A stretch of 58,482 bases of DNA, filler included, from Sphacelaria rigidula (Eukaryota): the NCBI GenBank assembly GCA_964200075.2. It is 10 parts of 10 records of this genome, joined end to end, with 100 filler letters (N's around TTAATTAATTAA, not from the genome) between each part and the next. Parts side by side here need not be neighbours in the genome. Positions count along the whole stretch, not along the records: positions 46,867 to 52,624 come from CAXNAA020024676.1; positions 52,725 to 58,482 come from CAXNAA020024677.1; 8 more parts are not named here. One strand, written 5' to 3'. The notes under the pieces were generated by a model. The model made no database searches and had not been told where the DNA came from. It saw only the letters and a list, made by a program, of their open reading frames with translations. Position numbers and translations under genes: made by a program. How positions within the stretch are numbered: position 1 is the first letter of the stretch; each line of letters starts with the position of its first letter. Shown here piece by piece: positions 48,904 through 58,482 of the stretch.

Positions 48904-51900
48904 CTGCCGGTAACAATTTAGACAGCAACGCCCGAAATCATCGGTTAAACTAGCCGACGTGTCGGGATAAGTTTCAGGGGCGTGTTCTTCTGGGAATGCT
49001 CCTCCTCATTGTTGTCGCCGCTTCCGGAGGTGTTGCCGACACGTTTACGCCCGACACTATCGACCGAACCTCTGAGGGCATTGCCGCCCATACAGTCGAC
49101 TCTGACGCTCAAGTGTTGGCCACAGCTCCGACGGTATTATGAAGTTTCCGACTACGCCGACAGTTCCATAATGCATCAAGGATATCAAAGGCGCTCATCC
49201 TAAGATTGCGACCGACGCATGGTGTTGCAAGTGTCGGCCGTTTACGCCTGAAAATGCCACGCTCCTAGCCTCGTCTCAAACACATTACCCCGCAGTCCAG
49301 GCGGATCGAGTTCGACAGCAGTTGGCTTGTGGGAGTATGTGGAAGAAGATGCCACGGAGGGGTTCACGCAAAAGGTAGCTGCCAAATACGCAACGACGGG
49401 TTAAATTATTCATTATTCACCCGTTGCTCAGGTGCTCTGTATGTCCCCATCCTCACTCGACACTGCTGATGCCACTCCCATGAAATCGATCCCGAGGCTA
49501 GTTGAGTCGTGCAGCATACTCTTCCGCAGCTCACGTTTCCCTCGGAGACACAAACCACCATTATCACGGCTTAAACTTGAAAGTTCGCCTGCAAAACTGA
49601 CGATGTGAGTCGAAGGGGGGACCGTGAGGCAGTCTACGTGAGTCCATGTATGTGAATGTACCACAATGTACCACTTTAGGTGCTGCTGTCTTTTTGCGGC
49701 TGCTCCTACATGCAATGATCTCGTGTCTTAGAATTGCCACAAGAACGGTTTTCCGAGCAGCTGAGAAGTAAACAATCCCCACGGATCGCGTGTTGGTGGG
49801 CCCAGAAGGGCTTCCTTATCTATGGTTTTTCGGCGGTCGAATTTTTACAACTCTCGATAGGAAGGATGATTACCCTCCCGAGAGTGGCGAAGAAGTGAAC
49901 GAGCAGGCGAACGGGAACATACATTCGCATGATCATGGTAAATTTGTAGCGACCAAGTGGTACGGCTGGGCGCATGAAGCAAGGATGCACATAGCACTAC
50001 AGTACATCCACGTCGTGCAAGCTCTAATGCTCGAGATGTGGCAACAACGACACTGGGGCGTAGCTCTTCCCTGACTAAACCCGGCTTCACCCTGGTGGGT
50101 TTGAATAGGAACTGATGGTCACAGTAGCGATGCCGTTCAAACAGTACAAACGATGCCACATACACCCGGTTCCATAATGGTTCTCGCGAGCCTTGGTGCC
50201 TCGCATCCACTTCTTAACCTATTTACATAATCTAAAGCTGCGTTCACGAGGCTGTGCGGACTCAGATCTCCCTTCAACAATGAACCGAGTCGGTTCTGGA
50301 ATCGTTTTTGCAAAACAATAAGATTAGACGCAACCTGAGCATCCCGAATTCTTCGTGATCAACAGGAAGACATGCATCAGAGTTGGGCGTTGGACCCTGA
50401 CGCTGAAAGTTGAGCCATCAGGTGAAATGGCGGCGGTCAACTTGGATGCACTCAAGGTTCAGCTTTAGAGATAAGTCGATAATCAAGTCAGGACAAGAAG
50501 AGCCTTCGCGTCATCCGCGACCGCTGAATCGAACGTTTGAACACAATAGTATCTATACTTCACATAAAACAGTATTTTTGTTCCCCTTGAAATCCGTCGA
50601 GCCTGGTATTTACGGTGCAAGTTCAGCTAATTCTCGACCCTCAAATTGACGAAAGGCTACCCGTTGGACCACGGAGAAAGCAAATTGAGTTCATGAATGC
50701 CAAAAGTGCAACCTTGTGCACCATTTTTCGTTCACGGTCGCTCCTGCAATGCGTGTCAAAGGTCGTTGTGGTCAAAGGATTGAGTTAGATTATGCGTCGC
50801 GACGTATGACTGCATTTCCCGATGCAATTGCGGTTAACAACGCCCTGCATATGGGCGGCGTCTCTACTCCGCATCACGCCGACCACACCGAGTTGGGCAT
50901 TGTGCCCTGCGCACGGCCTGTTCAATTCCCAAACAAGTACCGATTGCAGGACTTTCAGGAGTAAAGGGAAGATAACAAGCGAGGAAATATCACAAAAACT
51001 ATACGCGGGGAACCCCCTCACATTGCGTACGGAATGCTATAGCCCACCGGCCACCTTATCCGAAAGACCGGGTCGCTTACTCGCAGGAGTTTGGCCATTA
51101 ATACTTTAGAAAAGGGGGCTTGGCGGGATCCACCATCGGTTGCGTGACGCCGAACTAGATGCCGCTGGGATACCGGTGGGACAAAACTATGTTAGACGAT
51201 GCCAGCGCGTGGGTTGACGAAACTCCCGGCATGAGGGTGACCCCTCTATGTGCTGGTGTTTCTGCTCAGCGGGTGTGACTCCCTGCCCTGTTTCGACGGT
51301 CTATCGTTCCTCGCGATGTGAGAGGCGCTCGTCAAAGGTCTGCAGGCAGAGGGCCTTTTCCCGAAAACGCTCTTGCGACGCAACGGTGAGTTGCTCATCG
51401 TTGATAAAGACGAAGTGGTGAAGTTCCTAGCTGTTGCTTTCTACTACAGGAAATAATCGGCATTCTCCATGAAGGAAACGAGCGCGGAGAGCATCCTGGA
51501 GAAGCAAGCGGGGGGGGTGGATATAGAAAGTTGCTGAACTGGGTGAGATTCTTGAGCTGGACAGCAGGCGGCACGAAGCCGAAGGATCTGGTCCCGGTTG
51601 AGGATGCCTTGCGCTCCCAAGCGAAGCAGGCAGGGGCAGTGCTGGAGTATTGGGTCGGGGGGATGACGGAGTTGATGCATTCTGCCGACTTCAACAATCG
51701 GGGGTGGACCACTACGTCGAGCGACGCTCACAAGGCTATGACGAAAGACAATATTGTGGTTGTCTTGTCGAAACACGCACAGATCGACCCCACTGGGAAC
51801 TTTCAACGGCTTTTGTGCCGCTGCACCCCCGCGGCTACAGAGCAGCATAAGTGCATGCGCACCTGTGTTAAGGAATATGTAGTATACCTTATAGGAAAGT

Positions 51901-52422
51901 GCCGTATTAGGCCCACCTTGAGCCACCCCTGACGCCAATGGCTGGTTTGTCGGCAGTGTTTCGACTTGAACCGATATTTTGTTATCCAACGATAGCTTAG
52001 ACTACTCTCCAACATCCAGAAAAAAAAAGCGATATGGGGAGGCGGTAGCGGCTCTGCGGTTCATAGTTCCTCCGCGCAGAAAAGTCTGAAAGCACGACTG
52101 CTGTCCTATTAAGCACATTTTTGCGTATATATATATGTTGTTGTTTGTTTGTTTGTTTGTTTTGTCTTTCTTTCTTTTCTCTCTCCGTTGAACTCGGGGG
52201 AGCTACTTCTCACCGGTTTTCGTGGCGTCGCTCTTCTTATTTTGTTTTCTTCTTTATTTTGGTAATGTGTCTGGTAAGGAATAGCAGAGACAGTATTGGA
52301 AAGGCGGCGAGCCTACGTCTGTGACCACGGGTTCGCGAGATCGGACTAATGTGCGGAAATAATAATAATATTAATAATTAGCGATAGAATTAACATATCA
52401 AGGAGTCGAGGCGAGTGAAGAT

Positions 52423-52624
52423 GTGATATCAGGATTGATGTTCGCGGATGATTTTGGGGGGATTTCAGAAACAGCAAAAGGACTACAAAAACAAATAGAA
52501 AAGGCTCTAGAATACACTAGGAACTGGAGAGTAACAGCGAACGTCTACAAATGCACGGTACTGGTATGTTACGAAGATAAGAAAAATCCGGTAAAGTTCA
52601 AATGGAAGTGGGGAGAAGAGGAAC
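52423..52624 (+). mobile_element. Non-LTR retrotransposon reverse transcriptase fragment
   Basis: ISGLMFADDF...GLQKQIEKALEYTRNWRVTANVYKC contains the (Y/F)ADD motif and the following RT segment. Confidence 0.88.
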
Positions 52625-54359
52625 NNNNNNNNNNNNNNNNNNNNNNNNNNNNNNNNNNNNNNNNNNNNTTAATTAATTAANNNNNNNNNNNNNNNNNNNN
52701 NNNNNNNNNNNNNNNNNNNNNNNNATGACTACGGAATGCAGGATCATTGGGCCCCCCCCCCCCCGATCTTGCTGACTGTGAACCCTTTTCTTCTTTTCCT
52801 CTAACGTATATGTTTTCGTGCATGGCAGCTATGGGCATGAAGGTGGAGTTTGGAGTGGAAATCTCATGCACGGTGAGTTTTCCTTTTTCAAGAAAGAGAA
52901 AGTCTTTTTGTTTCTCCACGTTCCGTCGCGCTTGATCAATTGGGTCAGATCTCACCACAGGTCCTACGAGGCGAGCTTTCATTTTGTAACTACTGCTGCT
53001 GGTACTACTAATGCTGCAGCGAGCACTGTTTTCACTTCGGCCTGGTCGGCGTTATCTTCGGTGGTACGGCGGATTACCCCCTTCATTCCACCCCACCCGT
53101 TGAAGTGAATCATGATGTCAGCAGCCATGATCCAGAGGCGGGATGTTAGTCCCTGGGTACCGTTTACATGCTTGTACTTCCTTTTTTCTAACACGAAACG
53201 TTTTGTTCGAAGTGTTGCGCTTGCGTCACTCGCTACCTACATCAATACCACATGCCATGTGCGTCCGGTCCGGTCGGGTCCGGCCCCTTCCTTTCATCCC
53301 GCCCCCCGCGAGATATATTCTCGCCACCTTACCGGTACAGTAGTGTAGTAGTGTGTTCTTATCAACGTTGCTGTGGTCTGGTTTGGATTCATGTCGGTGT
53401 TTTTTTGTTGTTGTTGTACTACTTGCCGTGCTTTTTTTATTTTGTCAAGAATACGAGGACTTTTACCTGACGAGCCTATCTCGGCTTCTGCAGAAGCGTC
53501 AAAACGTCCAGAAGAGTTTACCGGCGTTGGGCTACGAATGTCCATGGTTAATATCACTTGATCTGAGTGAACAGCGAGAATCGAATTTTTAGTGGAGCCG
53601 ACAGTCCCGTCTGTGCCCCTAGGCGTGCACAGAACGCGCTTTAGTCGAAATCGGCACCTCCACAGGCGCCGATTTGGGTTCTACCTGGGCCGCACTTTGC
53701 CTAGGGGATGTATGTATGTACCGCCCTTGCCCGAGGGTTCTCGCTATACGTTGCGTTGGGGGTAGGGTTAGGGGTAGCGGTACTTGTAAAATGGTGTCAA
53801 CCATGGATATTTGTAGTCAACGCCGGTAATGTAGCCTGGAAACGTCGATCCTGTGCAGCACACGAACAGCTTACATCTATATTTATTATACTAGGTTTCA
53901 TATGGTACACAAATGCGGCGGTTTGTGAAAGAGTACTTTACCTCATTACCCTAAGCATCTAACTTTTGCCATGCTTTCCCCTTGTATCCGATGGTTTTTT
54001 TTTTGTCGTACTTGCTGTCGTAAAAACAAGGGCACGCATGAGCGACATCATCACAATATTATCTCGATTAAAAAGAAAAAAAACTTATTTGTCATCGAGT
54101 CCATCATCCATGTGTCGGAGTTTTTATCTAAATTTGAAAATATCCCAATTTTTAAATATTCCGAATGTGGTCGAAATTTCGTGTCCGGGATAGTAAGTCT
54201 GTGGAATCCCCGTCCCCTCCCTGCGCGCGCTGTCCATAACGTCTTCGCGTCTGGCCCCGTTGTGTCGTTCTCATGTACGTACGTCTGTGATGTGCGTTGT
54301 TGTCGTCGTCGTCGTCGTCACTGCTGCTTCTCTGCTGGGTTTTGTTGTCGTTGTCACAG

Positions 54360-54437
54360 ACAACCACGTGTATGGATTCGATCCCCACGATGACAGCGAC
54401 TTCCTCACCATCCACAACAACACCGTCTGGAACAACG
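54360..54437 (+). CDS. MC5E: Mannuronan C5-epimerase, catalytic-motif exon
   Basis: NHVYGFDPHDDSDFLTIHNNTVWNN carries the AlgG-type YGxDPHD motif; CAG/GTGAG boundaries, phase 1 to phase 1. Confidence 0.92.
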
Positions 54438-54759
54438 GTGAGACTTTTTTTTTTTCGAAGATCATGAGTATCGCAAGAAGTCAGTCATTATCCAGATGAG
54501 GAAAGAAGACACAAGGAAAAGGAAAAGAGGGGGAGGAGAGGAATTTTTCCCCGCTGTTTTTTTTAGTGTCGGGGGTGATGAACCATGGTCCCCGGCCCCT
54601 TCCCTCGAAGTAAGGGGTGAGTACGAACGACGTATGATAATCGGATTATAACTATATATACTTGATGCAAAAAAGTAGTCGGCTACGTTTATTTTATCCC
54701 GAGGAGTAGAGTACCTGATTTCTCCCACTTGAAAACGTGAGAAAAGTGACTAAAGGAGG

Positions 54760-55300
54760 CAACTTGGCGACAGCCAACGCGGTGCGCGCGGGATTGTTGA
54801 TCCAGAGAATCCGCGTCGTTAATATCTCATGTAAAATTGCGATTTCGGGTGGGGGACCTGCACCTGCCAGAAAGAAGGGAGAGATATACCAGTCGTTGGA
54901 AGGAGAAGAAAGTAGATGGACAGAACTGCTACTGTGGCGAAGGAATAGAGAGCAGAAATCATATAGTGGCAGAATGCGACCTATACAAGGAGGAACGGAA
55001 CGTGCTAGAGGCGGAAATGCGGGACGTGAACAAAAGTAGCATGAAACCGTTTGATGCATTACATTAGACAGTAGGGAGAAAACGATGGCTATACTAGGAG
55101 ATAGATTGTGGCCAGAGACGGCGAAACAGGACGGGGATAAGACATGTAAAAGGTCTTTGTGCAATGTATGGAATAATTTTTTCGAGCGCCGGAATGTTGA
55201 AGGTGTCTCAAATAGAAGTAGGAACGGTGCTCCGTCTCGGAAGGGATGCATGGCCAATGGCCAAACGACTAAGGCAAGCAACGAATGAGCACGCCCCCTC
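54760..55300 (+). mobile_element. LINE ORF2 C-terminus and 3' end inside the epimerase intron
   Basis: CYCGEGIESRNHIVAECDLYKEER is a non-LTR C-terminal CCHC motif; followed by the shared 3' end. Confidence 0.82.
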
Positions 55301-57156
55301 CCGAGAAAAGTGGCTGGTTTGTGGCATAAAAGCCAAGATGTGAAATAAATTGAAAACATAGCCGAGCACACCAAGGCGCCTAGGAACTCCTACGGTTGGG
55401 ATTGTTTTCGCCAAGGTCGTCCATATGAGGGGCCTCGTGTAGTCTGAATCGGGCTGTCATTGTCTGTATGGTCATTTTTTTGTGACAGTTTTGGGCTGGT
55501 TTGAGGGGGGAGATAGGCCGATCGATTCCTGGAAACTGTGCACTTGTCCCGAGGGAGGGAAGGTTTGAAAATAACTCTTTGACGGAAAGAAATATCTTGA
55601 AAATCAGGATGATATTGTTCTGTAGTGTTGCATCCATGTTGTTCCCTGTCACTCTCAAATGATATGTACGAGCTGGGCCAGCCTAGAAACGGATTTGAGC
55701 TCTCGGAGCAATAAATGATCGACATGGACGAGTTGGGCCATGATCCTCACATCGTATTAATCGTCCAATCAAGGGGAAGGTGCTAATCTACTCAAAAGTC
55801 TGGGCCAATATTTTTCGTTGGAAAAAAAACATATCTAGTAATTCCTATACCTAACGGCGACAGCGTCCATACTAAAATCTATATGAAACCCCCGATCGAT
55901 ACATTTAGCGGGTGACGACGATTTTCGGTGTGCACATTCGCCTCCAAAAGGCGTGGAATCTCAGGGAACGTGTGGATACCCTCACCTTCACCTAATTCGT
56001 TATGTATTTCGAGGTATGGGTCACATAAGTTTCCATACTAGAATCAATATATATATATATCAATATATATATATATATATATATATTTATCACGAGCAGA
56101 GGCACCAGATGAACTAATTTTGGATATTGCGTCTCAGCCCTTGAGAGTTATGAGTTATGCTATGAAATTTCGTATTGTGAACCGATGGCGCACAGTAAAG
56201 CTGAAGAAACAGCCTTTCCCCCCCCCTTTTTTTTCGTTTTTTTTCGTTTTCTTTTCTCCATTTTTAGGGCAGTTTTGAGGAGAAAAACAGTGCTCTTGGA
56301 CCTCATCTTAATTTCAGCTCAATTTTCAGAATTGTGATTCGAAACTCAGCATGAAAACCACAGTGATGTTCTAAATGAAGAAACAAATGGGCACTCATTT
56401 TTTGGGGGGGGGAAGACGTTTGGGCGTTCTCGAAGAAAAATGGTCGTTTCTATACTAGAACGCCCTAAACCAGTGAAAGAAATGAAAGAATAAACCCGAC
56501 CCATTTTTTTGTTGCTAATTGTGCGCTAGCGAGGACCCACACAAAATTTCGATGCACAAACACCAAACATGGGCCGGTAAGTGGCCTGCAAGATACTCTT
56601 CCGAATTTCTTCCGATCCCGTCACTGAACGGCGCATTAACCGGCCTATATTTAGAGTTGCACCCTGAAATGTGGTATGGGCAATGAATAGGGCATGATAA
56701 GAACAAATGCCAGCGCACACAAGTTAGAGGGTAATAATCAGTTTTCAGGTATCAATTCAATGCCCTCAACTCAGAAAAATAAAAAACTTGTGTGCACTTT
56801 TATCTGTGCTTATTATGCCCTATTCATTGTCCATACCAAATTTCAGGGTCCAACTCTAAATGTTGGCCGGTTATTGGGCCTGCAAACTACAAAGTCGCTC
56901 CTCGGCTGGCCCAGCTCGTACGAGTAGAGGGAAAAAAAAAAAACGTGTGCAGAACTCAAGTATCAAAACCTCGTGTATTTGGCCAAAAAAAGACTCGCCC
57001 CAAGCAAGAGTAAACATCGAAGAGTTTTGTGTTGCATGTATGCTAATATTATTTTCTCCGTGTACGTTTCATGTCGTTATCCACTTGTTCGTTTCACTTG
57101 TTTCAAATGATGATCATGGCAAACTCGTATATATCTATATATATGTATGTGTCCAG

Positions 57157-57279
57157 GCAACCATGGGATCATCGCCTCGAAGCGTTGCGACCACCTGCTG
57201 ATCACCGACAATATTTCGTACAACAACGGCGGGAGCGGCATCATGCTCCACCGGAGTTGCGACGACAGTGTCGTGTCAG
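57157..57279 (+). CDS. MC5E: Mannuronan C5-epimerase, next exon
   Basis: GNHGIIASKRCDHLLITDNISYNNGGSGIMLHRSCDDSVVS (beta-helix repeats); CAG/GTGAG boundaries; splices in frame to 54360-54437. Confidence 0.92.
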
Positions 57280-57307
57280 GTGAGAGATTCCCGTATCTTC
57301 ACCAATG

Positions 57308-58135
57308 TCGGTCGCCTCCGGTGGCTCGGGTGATATCCTCGAAACCTTCTGACGGTTGGGAGGTGGGTTCGAATCTCGGTAAAGTCACACACGTTCTGAG
57401 ATTTTTTCTCTCATTATGCCCAACAGTGGAGGGTGACCATGTCGTGGGTACAGATATAATTCGACGTCGCATGCCCAACGGTGGAGAGGGACTATGTCAT
57501 GGATACAGATATAGTTCGACTTCACATGCTTTGTTTGAATTTTTCTTCTTTTTCTTCTTATTTTTGTCTTTCGCTTTCCCTATGAATTAAATAAAATGAA
57601 TCAATCGACCAACCATCCACCAATTCATTCACTCACTTATTCATTCATTTATATGTATTGCACCCAAACTGTACTTTATACATAGTAGTGTACGCTGTCG
57701 TTCTGTTCGACTTTTTTTTTTCTCTTCCTTCTTCTCTTCAGCGAAGGTTTCAGTTTTTGTGTGTCTTGGGTACGTCTATCACGAGACCACGGCTGGATCC
57801 CTGGGGGGGTCAGTTGAAGTGCGACACATGAATCAATCGATCAAATGCCCAACGGTGGAGATGGACGATGTCGTGGTTACATGGACAGTTCGACTTGACG
57901 GTCGACGAGAGAAGGGTACCGCTGAACCCTTCTCGCGATCGAAAAAATGAAAAAACGAAGACGAGGACACCGCAGAAAGGAAGGTTGAAGTGCTCGAAGC
58001 AAGACGAGACAAACAACGAAAATAAGAACTCCGATGTGTTTGACGTTCCTCTCGTGTTTGACCCCGGAGAGTACGTCTACGTATACTGAAAGGTGTAGAC
58101 TGGCGTCCGGAACAAGTGGCATGACAACACACGCA
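57308..58135 (+). mobile_element. Interrupted tRNA-derived SINE (head 57308-57525, body 57846-58135)
   Basis: GGTGGCTCGGGTG and GGTTCGAATCTC boxes; body and (AC)n tail match 29753-30122. Confidence 0.8.
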
Positions 58136-58482
58136 CGAAGTTTATGTGTATTTCATATTTGCAGCAGATGGCTGCCGCGTCCCAGTGGCCTAACGGGAGA
58201 CCATGAGCTCGGAAAGACGCGGGTTTGGACAGTTTTTACGGTAGCCCCCCCCCCCCCCCCCCCCCCCCCCCAAAAAACAAGGCGGTCGTGGGGTGGAAAA
58301 CCTCTACACGTGAAATGAAATAAACAAAGCCGAGCACAACGAACACCTGGGAATTCTCACGCTTGGGGTTTGGTTTCACCCGTGTCACCCATATGAGGTG
58401 CTTCATGCAGCCTGAAACCAAACATCAGGTGCTGTGTGACCATATTTTTCGGGACAATTTTTGGGCTGATTTCTTTCTCTGG

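Noticed and set aside
52725..53200. Minus-strand exons of another gene
   Set aside because: No consistent splice phases or domain; they lie in the probable epimerase intron.

Overview
This window is not one locus. It is ten unrelated contigs of 5758-5759 bp joined by identical 100-bp linkers (44 N + TTAATTAATTAA + 44 N), so no system can span a linker. The DNA is repeat-rich, intron-rich and eukaryotic, most likely a brown alga (Phaeophyceae): there are two phase-compatible mannuronan C5-epimerase exons with the YGFDPHDD motif and scattered TTAGGG repeats. Other host coding pieces are a CAP/SCP-domain exon, an MRH (PRKCSH/GNPTG-like) exon, a long low-complexity exon and a spliced multi-exon pseudogene. 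The rest is mostly transposon debris: copia and chromodomain-bearing gypsy LTR elements, LINE fragments, tRNA-derived SINEs, MITE/foldback elements and tandem arrays. I see no CRISPR array, rRNA or convincing tRNA gene, and no complete novel multi-gene system. The most unusual signals are telomeric repeats at the same site in separate SINE copies, a composite TIR element bracketed by a 29-bp duplication, a palindromic SINE head, an intronic miRNA-like hairpin, a chain of related hairpins and a copia/gypsy junction. All family assignments come from motif recognition by eye; no database search was run.
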